This document shows, one piece after another, positions 51,831 through 64,000 of a stretch of 64,000 bases of DNA. Source of the DNA: Lama glama (taxonomy: Eukaryota). Below the pieces are notes generated by a model. It made no database searches. It worked only from the letters and a program-made list of their open reading frames with translations, and was not told the origin of the DNA. Position numbers and translations under genes: made by a program. Where the stretch lies: positions 18,292,001-18,356,000 of the forward strand of contig CM052816.1 of the NCBI GenBank assembly GCA_028534125.1. The letters run 5' to 3'. How positions within the stretch are numbered: the first letter of the stretch is position 1; each line of letters opens with the position of its first letter.

Positions 51831-53177
51831 GTCATTAAGGAAAATAGCTAAATTTATCATACAATTTGTGTGAATTTAAAACAATTCATGTAAATCATTT
51901 AGCACAGTGTCTGTCACATGGCAAATGTGTAATATATATTAACTCTTACTATTACACAATCATTTAGAAAAATAGCTAAGTTTAATATATTAGTGTAGAG
52001 CAAAATGGAAGTCAATTTACAATCATTTACTTAAGTGTACTAATATGTAAGGTTTTCATCATTACTGTCGTGGACATTTGTGTAAGGCTTTACAGTATCC
52101 AGGGCATTTGATACACATTATTTCATCTTCACTGGAGTTGTGAGGCACATGGAGGATGGATTTTATTATTTCCTTTCTATTGGTAAGAGAAATGAGGTTT
52201 AGGAGAAAACTCCCAATCACCCAACCATTTGATCTCTGTTGCTCTGGACTAAAACTCAAGAATATGTACACCTGGGAGATAATACACAGACCAGAGCTGG
52301 GTTTTCCTGGATGACTGATCTGACTCTTGGATTTGTTTGGTTCTATGTTTAGCTGTGGAACGTTACAGACTGAATTTGTTTCAGACTAGGATAATTTCGA
52401 CAAAGACCTATGGTGCATGTAGCTATTTCACACAAAAAAGACAACAAATATCTCCAAAAAGACATTTTGATTAAGTGTGGCCTTTTCTTCACCGGTAATT
52501 AACCACAATCCCTGTCTCCAAAAAGCTCTGTGGTCATGCTCTTTTGCAGCTGGACTTAGAGTGTAGAATTCATACTTTTTATGGATCACTGACATCTGGC
52601 TTCCTTCAGACTGGCTGATGCATCTGTAAGAGAAGCCTGATAAAAATAGCAACCAAGGGATCAAGAGGGAGTTTAATAATCAGTCCTCCTCTCAAATACA
52701 GTTTTGTTTCCCCTGGAACCCCTTTCTCAATGACATCAAATGTCAATGTATGCATTTATGGAAAATGAAAAACACAGTATATTAATTGAGGTATTACATG
52801 AGTTTGATCACTTGTTATCTCAATAATATATGCAAATAAAAAAGTATTTGCATTTGAAGTTCATTTTTAAGAAAAATATTAAAGTAAGGGCAATCAAATG
52901 CTAACTGTATTTTAGAGAGAATCACTTGGCTCATTATTGGCAGTAAAACTATGTCAAGATCCCAGAGTCCAGCAGAGCAACATATCTGACTCATGAGTGT
53001 AAGCTTTGGCCACAGCTACTGTGGACCAAATGACTTTATCTTTCTGACATAGCATGCTCTGTGGATTCTTCCCAATCCATGTGAAATGCATCGCTAAAGT
53101 CTGACTACTTATAATGGCAAGATTAAATGGCAAGGATACAATGGTTAAATATTTTCAAAGGTGTATAAATGTTTAAA

Positions 53178-53493
53178 TGGGGGAAATAGGGAGAGAGTGG
53201 TAAAGAGGTACAAACTTTCAGTTATAAGATGAATAAGGTCTGAAGATCTAATGTAAAATACGGTAACTACAGTTGATAACACTGCATTATATGATTGAAA
53301 TCTGCTAAGACAGTAGAACTTAAATGTTCTAACCAAAACACCCATATATATATGGTTATGGATGTGTTAATTAACAAGATGATGGGATTCTTTTCATGGT
53401 GTATACACATATCAAATCACTACAGGATACACTTTAAATATTTTACAATTTGTTTGTCAGTTTATACCTTAACAAAGCCAAAAAAGTAAAACC
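53178..53493 (+). mobile_element. L1 3' UTR fragment in TRPC7 intron 1 with 10-bp TSD
   Basis: gaggtacaaactttcagttataagatgaataaggtctgaagatctaatgta...tatacc ttaacaaagccaaaaa. TSD aatgtttaaa at 53168-53177 and 53494-53503. Confidence 0.8.
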
Positions 53494-56400
53494 AATGTTT
53501 AAAAGCACTATTAGAATAGAAGACAGAATAAGAAGCCCCAGTGAGGTTGAAAGGCCTCCATCAGTATCTGAATCAATTCATGTGGCTGCTGTGAAATCCC
53601 TTATGCTGGGAGCAATCTCACTGAGTAGCATGTCCCACTATATGCTTGCATACAAAGGTGACTTGAGGCCCATAACGTTTCATCAATGCCAGATTCTGTA
53701 AGGAAAGGAACAGAACTGACAATTCTGTGAGCATCCAAATCTATCTCAAAGTCAAGGTATTAAAGGATGGGAAAGAGAGACTTGCTTATTTCCTAAAACT
53801 TCTGGGTGTCTGCTTTCAAGGTCATTCAGAAAAATGCATGTCAAGCGGTGAAGACAAATACTAGCCATACACATACATTTTTTTCTTTGATAAAACATAA
53901 TTGTTATAGAAACATCAAGATTTATATGATGCTCTATTCTTGTGCAGAAATTGTTTGCCCTAAGGTTTAGTCTTTGTGCTTCATCAACTTCAGTTTCTCT
54001 ACCTAAAAATGAGAATGTTAACATCTTGATTTTTTTGTTTGTTTAATGAGGGGAATTAACAAATGATTCTTTAACATCCTTTAAGTTTTTAGGCTACAGC
54101 GTCTGTGACATTCATATGGACTGAGTTTAGATTGGGTACTTATGTGTTCCCTGTGAAATGTTTCTCTGCTCTGACTTGGTTCTGTATTTTTTATATTTCC
54201 TTTGAATTAGTCTCTCCATGGTTTATTGCTATATAATAGTTGTGTACTCTTGACCTTGGAGTCTGACTTATCTCCCTCTTGAACAGATCTCTAATGGAAA
54301 AGTGATATGGAATCAAGCTCAAGGTCTGTCTCCTTCTAGGACAGTTACTGTTTCATCCCTGACACATTGCTCAGATGCTCTTGAGCGGAAAGGGACTTTT
54401 CTCAGGTTGAGATGTGATGGCAAGTTCAGAGAGGTAGCCCTGTGAGGAGAGAAGCCTCAGCATAGGACAGGCTGAGTAATTTCATGAGAAAGAGTTTAAG
54501 TCTTCTGTGGGAATAATTCCCACCTGAGAGTGTGTACTCAGATGACAGATCTTGAAACTGAGTTCATGTCTTCTGAAACAAGGCCCTTTGGGGACACAAA
54601 GGAAGTGACTGCTTAGCTTTCAACTCAGTCACCTCCTTGTCTTCTGAAAAACATAATAATAAATACCTGTGCCCACTTTGTGACTCCTTCTCTCTCCTGT
54701 AAAGATCTCTCCTGGACTCCCAATCTACAGTCTGCACTGGCATCAACAAGCAGCCTCTCTCCCTGGAATGATGGCATTGTTGACAGAAATGGGTTCAGAA
54801 GGAACTCATAAACTTGAATCTTGAGAATCTTTTCTCCAGCAATCTTTTACCAACCTGCACTTCAGAAAAGTGGATAGTAGTTCAGACACTCTTCCTAAAA
54901 GAGCACAGAGCTCTCTATTAGGATTTATCACCCACAACTGCCTTTTCAGGGAGTTGCCCATCATTATTCCTTTTACTTTTCTGAAGATGAAGAAGCTGCT
55001 CCACTGAATAGTTCAGCAGATTCTCCCAAGAAGTATGACTCAGGCCTAGGCAGGATTAGAGTATGAGGTCTAACCCCCAAGTCTCTTCTTTATACCAGAT
55101 CAGGGCCCCAAAAGGAGCTAAAAGCAAAAGGGTTCAAGGATGTCAAAAGAAAAAATAAGCAGAAAACTAAATAGAGCCCAAATTTTTAGAAATCACAAGA
55201 CTAAACGATACTACTTTTTTAAAAAAAAAATCTCAAAACACTATGTATAATTTAAAAGCCTTCCTCTGTGATTACTTTGCTTAATTTTTACAAATGACTT
55301 AAGTGAAATAGTGAGTATTCTTGATGCATGGAGACATGACCAATAACAAAAAAGACAGTTGGGAACATGGAAAATAGTTCAAAACAAATCCCCACGTACT
55401 TACTCTCTAGAATAGATGGTTTCTTACTGAAATGCATACCATTCTAATATTATTTGAATACCTTGAGTTGGGGTAGACTAGAAAAAGAGATTAGAAAATA
55501 TGAGTAGGGACAATTGGAGAATCAAAAAAGTTAGAGATGCTCAAGTGTGTAGAGAATTAGGGGCTCTCTATTCTACAGTGGAAGCATCTTGAACTGGGGA
55601 CCCACTCCAAAAGTCAAGGTGAGTTAGAGATGGGGTTTCCAGCTCAAGCTCAAATTAACGGCAGCTATTATTCTCTCTAGCCTGCCATCTTAAAACCCTG
55701 ACAAACTTGTCCAAAGTCACAACGCTGGCAAAAGATAGAGCCAGGATTCCTACTCTGGACCTTCCTACTTCAAAGCCTGTCTCTTAGCCCCACTTGTCTC
55801 AGGATCTTCATCTGAGTAAGGACAATTATAGTATCTACCTCATACAGTTTAAGTAAGAATTACACAGATTATATATGTGAAGTATATTAACTTCTTAGTA
55901 TAGTTCCTGGCATATCAGAGGTGCTTAGTAAGTGTCGCCAACTGCAACTAATAGTATTAGTATTAATGTCTACATTATGCCACAATGGGAAAGAACAACA
56001 CATTAGAAATGAACATACATATAAATTACACTGTTCTTCTATCCATATAAAAATTCAGGTTTGATCTTAAGAAACAAAGGCTGAATTTCCTCAGGAAGGC
56101 TGTTTCAGTGGCCATCAGTAAGTGGCAATGAGTCTAGGGCAGCTCCCTGCCACAATGTGCCCTTAGTAGTTGCTCAGGCTCCATGGGGGCAAGAAAGAAA
56201 GCACAATCCCAGTACAGAATAGCACTGAATGTAGAAACAAGAGGTGTGTGGCCACACTTGCACGTTGCTCCAGGTCTGTCACAGTGAAGGAGGTTCAGTG
56301 GGGGCAACATACCTGAAGCAAAGGCAGCAGTATCCAAGGTGGCCACCTCTATGGCAGAGTCCTTGAAGAACTGGGTACACCAACAGGCAGGAGAGGACAG

Positions 56401-56915
56401 AATAAAACCAACATCGACTGAGTGTGTTCCACATGCATGTTACCTCATTTAATCCTCCCATGGACCCTATGGCACACAAAAAGTTATCCCCGTCGCACTG
56501 GCAGACACACAGAGAAACATTACTAATGTGCAGAGAAGTTAAGGGACATGCTCAATTTGGCACAAATGGCAATAAAACAGGCTTTGGCCTGTTTTCAGCT
56601 ACATCATGACCTCCACACTCTCGACCTCCCTCTGCTTAAATCCACATTTCAGCTCTGCAGCCAATCCTCCACCCTAGGGATATAGATGCTAAGTAACTAA
56701 ATCGACACCTTTCCGTTTGTAAAAGAATAGTGCAGGTTATCCAACCTGTCTTAATCTCAGTGCTAAAACAATGATTTCTAATAAGATTTCATAATTTCTC
56801 ATAAGATTCCAGTCATGACATTCTTTTTCATCTCAACCTTTTTGTTTGCTCTGCCCCTGGGGCACCTGCAGGCCCCTGGGAGAGTATTCAGCATCTCTGC
56901 CTTGTTGTCCCACAG

Positions 56916-57693
56916 GTTGGGGAACAGCACCTTCAAAAACATGCAGCGCCGGCACACCACACTGAGGGAAAAGGGCCGCAGGCAGGCCATCCGCGGTCCC
57001 GCCTACATGTTTAACGAGAAGGGAACGAGTCTGACGCCGGAGGAGGAGCGCTTCCTGGACTCGGCCGAGTATGGCAACATCCCAGTGGTCAGGAAAATGC
57101 TGGAGGAGTCCAAGACCCTCAACTTCAACTGCGTAGACTACATGGGGCAGAATGCACTGCAGCTGGCTGTGGGCAACGAGCACCTGGAGGTCACAGAGCT
57201 GCTGCTCAAGAAGGAGAACCTGGCGCGGGTAGGGGACGCGCTGTTGTTGGCCATAAGTAAGGGCTACGTGCGCATCGTGGAAGCCATCCTCAACCACCCA
57301 GCCTTCGCGCAGGGCCAGCGCCTGACGCTCAGCCCGCTGGAGCAGGAGCTGCGCGACGACGACTTCTATGCCTACGACGAGGACGGCACGCGCTTCTCCC
57401 ACGACATCACGCCCATCATCCTGGCGGCCCACTGCCAGGAGTACGAGATCGTGCACATCCTCCTGCTCAAGGGCGCCCGCATCGAGCGGCCCCACGACTA
57501 CTTCTGCAAGTGCAACGAGTGCACTGAAAAGCAGCGGAAGGACTCCTTCAGCCACTCCCGCTCCCGCATGAACGCCTACAAGGGACTGGCAAGTGCTGCC
57601 TACTTGTCCCTGTCCAGTGAAGACCCTGTCCTCACGGCGCTGGAGCTAAGCAACGAGTTAGCCAGACTAGCCAACATTGAGACTGAATTCAAG
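56916..57693 (+). CDS. TRPC7: TRPC7 coding exon 2 (778 nt): N-terminus, ankyrin repeats, Zn-binding H-C-C-C motif and linker helices
   Basis: Translation (G)[65 protein letters not shown]...[10 protein letters not shown]...[18 protein letters not shown] matches the mammalian TRPC7 N-terminus rather than TRPC3/6. Acceptor ...ccttgttgtcccacag|G at 56915/56916; donor AAG|gtaact at 57693/57694. Confidence 0.97.
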
Positions 57694-58439
57694 GTAACTC
57701 TCCCACTTACCACCAGCAGGCAGACTGCCCGATGGGCTCTTCCGGGTGTGTCCAATAGCCAAATGGGTTGTCTTCCCGTCTAATGGAGGGTGCAGGACTC
57801 ACGGTCTTGCCTGTTCAGGCTTACAGGGAGGAAGGGAACCTCCAACCTGTGTCAGAAGTAGGCCTGAAGGAAAAGCAGCCCATTAGATGAAATATTTGAA
57901 ACCACATAAATGTGGTCAAGACGTGACAAAAACAAATCCATGTGTTTGTCACACGGGCAAGATTATTCTGTGGTTCTGGTGTAATTGCCTCCCCTCTGCC
58001 CTGGGCAGCCCAGGGATGTCTGGGATACATGAGGTTGTTTCCGAGTTCCAGTTTTGGACTTCTTGACTGTCTCACCTGTAGAGTTTTCATTTGTCTTGTT
58101 CATATCTCTAATGCATCCTGGACTGTGTGGACTGTAGATATGATAGTAAGAGCTTGCTAAATTGAGAAAGGCTTGCGGTTCTATCAAAGCGCTGAGGAGG
58201 AGGTACATGAAAATGAAAATAAAACTGTCTCTGTAGTTAGGTTTGTTATCCCAGTAGATGGGCCCAGAGCAACCCCCCTCTGAAAATACCTGGAATTTCC
58301 AGGCCAACTCAGGGGATGAAGACCCATCTCTAAAGTCCATTATTCAATAGTGGTTCTGTGCTTTTACTATCAACTGACTCTTACCCTGATAGAGAAGACT
58401 GGAACCTAATTCTTTTGACAGTTTAATAAATTGAGACCA

Positions 58440-58645
58440 ATATTTAGTGAGCATTTATTTTGTGCCAAGTAGTAGCTTCCTTACCTACAGGATACTGTTT
58501 AATTCCCTCAACAACCATTGGTATGGGTACCATTATCATCCCCATAGTATATTAGAGCACAGAGGTAGAGAGGTACCCTATAGCCAGTAAGTAGTAAAAC
58601 CACTGTTCTAATCCAGGCACTCAGACCCCAGAGCCAGCTCTTAGC
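58440..58645 (-). mobile_element. MIR SINE (TRPC7 intron 2)
   Basis: tatttagtgagcatttattttgtgccaag...tttaattccctcaacaacc...ggtaccattatcatcccc. Confidence 0.7.
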
Positions 58646-61600
58646 CATCCTGGAAAATTGTAAGTCAGAGGACTTGTTCATGCATTGGGCTTCTCAAAGT
58701 TTCATTTGTCTCTATCTGAAAAACACCTTCCACTGCAGAAGGTGTGGCTTGAAGACTAGAAACTACAGCTGGGCTCATAATTTTTCATTCCTGCCATTCA
58801 ATCAGAGTCTGTGATGTCAGGGAGCATACAAAAAGGTATCACATGTGGGGCTCACAATGGAGCTGGGAAGAGATGTCACCTGCAGGAGAAAAGTTCATTG
58901 TCATGTGCAAGAGTTGCCCCTGCATGGGACACAATCAGGTGGACAAGGATGGGTACCAACTCACATCAGAGGACCACCCTGTTCCGGGAGATCTCAAAGT
59001 AGGAAACAGAATTGAGCTGGGCTTTATTAAGCAGGAGGAATTGAATTAGTGGGAAGAGAGAGGTAGGCATTCAGGGAAGGCAAGTGAAGGTAAGGTCCAG
59101 AACGGCCCACAGCAGGCAAGCCACTGATGAGAAGCTCTATGTGACTACAACAGACATTTCCTGCAGTGGCACACAGGAGGAGAGCTGAAGAGATGAGTGG
59201 GCAGGTCTCAGAAGGCCCTGCATGTCAAACTGAGCAATTTGGATGTTACCCTGTAGGAAATGGAGGCCAATGAAAATTCGTGATTAGGAGACTAAAATGA
59301 AAGCTACGGTTTGGAAATTTACTTGACTGGTAGGTAAGATGACTTAGAAGATATGAAGTGTGAAGCACTGGGGCTACAGAGGGATAATTTAGTTGAACAT
59401 GCTTGAGGCCACTGAAGCCTCTCTGCAGGAATGGAATCACCCACAGCCAGGCACAGAGGAGCCAGGCCTACAGAAAGCTGCAGGGCACACAAACTATGAA
59501 CAGATGAAAAATCCTATAATTAAACTAATTTTACTCCATCTGTCCCCTCGTCTTGGACCCATCTACTGAATTGGAGCCTCTTCCATAAATCCTATAATGT
59601 TCATAGCCTCATCTAGAAAAATTGGTGGATGTAGACATAGAGATTAACCAGGGAAGCTTCCAAGGACTGTAGCTATTGCCTCTTATTTCCTTGTTTCTGT
59701 ACAATAAACTCCACCTACCAGCAATGAAGTCAGTCATGTCCCAAGGAAGCTCAGCAGAATTTTGCTTGTTCCCTGGGCTTCAGACTATAACTGCATAAGC
59801 CATACAAAAGAAATGGCTAAACCAATTAACTTAGATATTTCTGCCTAAGAAAAAAATAATTCAAGCAAAAAATGTTTTTGGACCAGATTATCTGGATAAT
59901 TGCACAATTCTCTATTTATGTGGAATCTGCGAGCATGCCAGCCTTATCAAATAAAATGGTGCTAGACTGACATTCGGAAGTATATCTACACCATTTGTTT
60001 TCTTTATAAAACCTAAAGTCTGACATATTTTAGTATATATAATATCTAGAACTGGGAGTTTGTTGAAAACATCTACTATGATATTTTGATTTAAAAAGTA
60101 AATTATGAAAATTATGTACAATTAAGAACATGACTAACATGATGACAAATCTTTTCTACAATGCAAAGAATAAGAGCTAGCATAAATACATTTGCTGGCT
60201 ATTAACATCCCCCTAGTTACCTTTGTTTGAAATAAATGTCTTTCAGATTGTCGACAAATGGTGCATTATAAATTAACATAAAGCATTTCTTTAGAACTTT
60301 ATTACTTATTCAACTATCCTTGTATGTGCATTCTTCACATTATAAATCTCAGAGAAGAGAGCAGCTTATTAGCAAGAAGGAAATCAAACTATAATAAAAT
60401 AATAAAGAGCAAGTGATGTGTTCTAAAATGCACTCTTCAGGTATCTGTTCTGCTTTAAAGGGACTACACATTGATAACTGTAGCCATGTGTTACGGAGGT
60501 GGTCCGATGCTACCACCTGTGTAAAAAAGCTATCGGGTTCCCACTGCAGATGTCATATGTCATCTTCCACATTCTCTAAAACACTCATTCTGGGAGTGAC
60601 TCTTCCTGACTGGAACATATTATGCATGAAAACCTGGATTCAGTTGCCCAAGCTATTGTTTTTGGAGTTCTTTTAATTTATCACCAGAAGAAAGTTTAGT
60701 CATTAGCAAGAAGTACAGCCAATGTCAAGGTCTCCAGTAAATTGTTGCTGGAGTCAGATGTCTGCTAGCAAGCCATTATTTTTAGTGTGGAAATTATGCA
60801 ACTGGTCAAGGATTTTCTTATGTCTCTCTAATCTTATGGGCTCTAGAAAGACATTAAAACTTGATGTGGCCAGTGAGGCTTTCCTAATGCCATGAATGGT
60901 GCCCAGTAATCAAGTAAGCATTCCATAAATACCTGAATAAAGGAAATCCTAAAAAAGGATAATCATTTCGACTAATGAAGTAGGTGATTACTTTTACCTA
61001 TGATTTAAACTCTTCTAACACCAATGGGTTTAACAAAGGTATTAGATAGACCTGGTGAAATGGGAAAGCTCTACAGGTTACATGGTGGTTGAAGGGATAA
61101 AACCATCTCATGTTAAATAACTGAAGACCAATCATAGGCTGCACTGTCTGGTGTCAATGACCACTAAACTCCCAGAGGGTAGCGAGTGTCTTCTTGCTCT
61201 TGCCACTGTATATAACATGTGGGATCTGGGAGCACTGCCCACAAATGATATTTTGGTTAACTGATTTATCTACACAGTAGGAGACAAAGAAGGGGAAGAT
61301 CTGTATGGGATGAACTATTCAGAGGTGTTTCATCCTGATGGAACAGCATCTCTACAGAGGCACCTGGAGTAGCATGGAAAAACAAGGAATTGGTCTCAGT
61401 TGAGTAACAGCTTCAGCCACCAAGAACACAACAAGGTCTTTACATTTCTCTTGAGTTAGTCTGCTTGGTTTTCTTCACTGATCATTCTCATGATAAAACT
61501 GCTTAGGGCCCCCTTTATTTTGCTGGCACCCTTCCTGCGAAAGTCCTGGGCATTCTGTCTGAGTATGTTGTTTATCTGTGGAACTGCCATTTCAAAAGGA

Positions 61601-64000
61601 TTACAGGTGTTCATCTTGCTCCAACCTAGAGTTATGCTAACAGCAATGTACAACAGGGGTGTGGAGAGGAGAAGGAAGGAAAATATGACAAGAGAATATT
61701 GTAGAATGAGGTTCAGGGCTTTGGAAAGATAGAGAAAGCAGGATGGGGATTGAAAGTATTCCTCTTGCTCTCTCACCTTTTGCTTAAATTGACACCCAAT
61801 GTTCCCAAGTCAAGGAACTGTGGAAGTCCAACAAACACTTTATCTTAGTTATTTAAGATTCAGTCATTCTGAACAATAACAAAGCTACAACTGAGAAGGC
61901 TCTTGTTGACAAAACATCAGCATGAAAGCTACAGACTGTGCTTCAGTCACAAGGAATTTATTCTTATAGACTGCAGAGGGGAAGAGCAGGGGGCAAAAAA
62001 GCTAAAGCTGCAAGTTCATCTTGCTTAAAGTGTCGATGATTGTTCTGTTTGTAAATGGGTTGTTAACCATGTGTATTATGAAAAACAGATAATGAATTAT
62101 GTATCAATGTTTGTGTTGCCATTTTAAGACCCATAAAAAACTTAAAATACCACAGATTAAAAATGCAAATAATGATAAATTAGACCACTTTGCCACCTGC
62201 TATCATCTCTAGTAAGATCCCATTGTGGAAGGTAAAGACGTTGAGATGACAGTTTGCAATCTGCTTGCAAACTTATCAAAATGGAAGAGGGAAGAGGAGG
62301 AGAGCAGGGTGGGAAGGGACTCTGTATTTGGTAGGGAGAACCCAGAGCACATGTGAGCCCTGGAGTCTGGAGCCAGGAAGACTGAGAAAAGGCCCACTCT
62401 GGGCCTGGGGCAGTACCAAAAGCTGAATAAGCCTGTTGCCCCCAGCCTTTAGTGGAATCTGTTTTTGCACCTGCTTCTCAAATCCTCTGAACATTTTTAG
62501 TATTTTTAAATTTTATAGGCCAACGTCCTGGGAAAACACATTTCCTTGAAGTCTGAAAGCTTAGCTAGTAAGTAGCACAAACAACTGCCTGTTTAATATA
62601 CAGGAAATGACTTGAAAACTGTTCCCTTTTCCAATGGGAAAATATTTTTAAACCATGAAGGCTACAGGTCTTAAAAACAAGTTGTTGTTGCTTTTTAAGA
62701 GAATCAGGCAGAAAAATCCTCAAAGCACTCACTTATATACCATCCGAAACACCCCCAAAGATCTGACTGTGTCACCCAAGCCCTATACTTGAGCATCTGA
62801 GGATGCAGAATGTAAGCAGAGAAGAGACAGTTCACAAATGTCAGGTGATGAGCTATGACAGAACGCCCCCCCACTGAGCATGTGCAGGTAAAGGGCAGTC
62901 AGAGTACATGTGCCAGTCTCCAGATCTGAGAGCAAGATCCAGGCATTGGCTTATCTCAGGAGAAGGACAGAAGTGATTCTCCCCATGTTAACTTTGTCTT
63001 TTTCTATTTTACTACCTAAGTGTCTGGAGGAGCACTTTCACCCGAGCTTTCACTGATGAGTCATCACAGGAAAATGAGCTAATTAATGTGACCTTTAATG
63101 ACAGTTTTTCATTGGGTCAGAACTAATGCCTAAAGTTAAATGATTTTTCTCTTCTTCTCTTTATGCCAAGAGTATTAGCCTCTAAAATACAGGGAGACAG
63201 TGTAAGCTGGGTGACAGGTATTCCAGTGGGATAAAGGAGGCCACTGCACTAGATGAGGACATGGACAGGGGACAGGCTTTGGGTGAGCACCCAGTGCAGC
63301 CATGCTTCATTTTCTCAAGGCTATGAAATAGCGAGCACAGAGCTTGGCTCTGGAATCAGACTGACCTGGGTTCCAGTTCACAGCCATCTCCTAGCAACCA
63401 CACAATCTGGGGCATCTACTGGAAGTTAGTTTTCTTACATGAAAAATGGAGGGTGGGGTGAGGGGAACAGGTGTTAGAAGTGTAACATGTCCAAAATGAA
63501 GGCTGGTTTTCCCCACCAAACACTTGCCTTTACCACAATCTCTGATTCACCCCATTGTTAAGAGCTTTCACTGCCTCATTCCATTTAACCTCCACAATGT
63601 CCTGCACATGTTAGGTGTTCAGTAAATAAATAAATAAGTGAATTAATGAATTATGACATCCAAGGATGTTAGTAAGGGTTAAATGAGATGAAGAATGTAA
63701 AACTCCTTGCAGAGGACCTGACCCATAAGAAGTATACAATTTACCCCAGAGATCTCACTGGGGATCCCTTTTTGGTCCCTAAAGCCCATAGGATTTTCAG
63801 CACCACAAGTTTTCCTCCCAATAAACACAACTTAAGTTTCAACACCTCCTCTATTCAGAGGGTCTTCCTGATGTGTGCTAAGCTTTCCTCCCCAACCCCA
63901 AAGATCCTTCCAGAACCAGAAAAAGTATAGGCTGTACATGTGAGCTCCATGATTAAAAACAGGTCAAGGGAGTATTTTCCAACTGGGAAAACGCAGACCA

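Noticed and set aside
56833..57555. 240-aa antisense ORF
   Set aside because: Shadow ORF opposite a GC3-rich coding exon; no recognisable protein features.
56815..57783. 322-aa ORF as a complete single-exon gene
   Set aside because: The first 34 codons (MTFFFIST...) are the intron polypyrimidine tract, and the tail after ETEFK is intron 2 read-through. Only 56916-57693 is exonic.
57694..64000. TRPC7 exon 3
   Set aside because: I found no sequence encoding the expected continuation (NDYRKLSMQCK-like); it presumably lies beyond the window.

Overview
Mammalian genomic DNA. Short L1 3' stubs resemble camelid (alpaca/camel) elements, so the species is an inference. Bases ~1-48,000 are repeat-rich intergenic sequence: MIR, L2, old L1 fragments, MLT1, LTR16/ERVL, a MER41-like ERV1 solo LTR, MER2/MER5A DNA transposons, and a decayed full-length ~6.1 kb L1 with target-site duplication. 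The 5' end of TRPC7 (short transient receptor potential channel 7) lies on the + strand. It has a predicted TATA/Inr promoter near 48,700 and a first exon that contributes only 'AT' of the start codon (49031-49032). A 7.9 kb intron follows, then the 778-nt exon 2 (56916-57693; ankyrin repeats and Zn-binding motif). I did not find exon 3 in the window. Three 500-N assembly gaps are present. I see no novel protein-coding system. The most interesting signals are in the TRPC7 leader: a split AUG that reads AUG-UAA if unspliced, an overlapping uORF, a 73-codon open in-frame GUG-started extension, and a possible upstream intron. There are also a few hairpin and duplication oddities in the intergenic part. 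Repeat family names come from memory of consensus sequences, and their boundaries are approximate.
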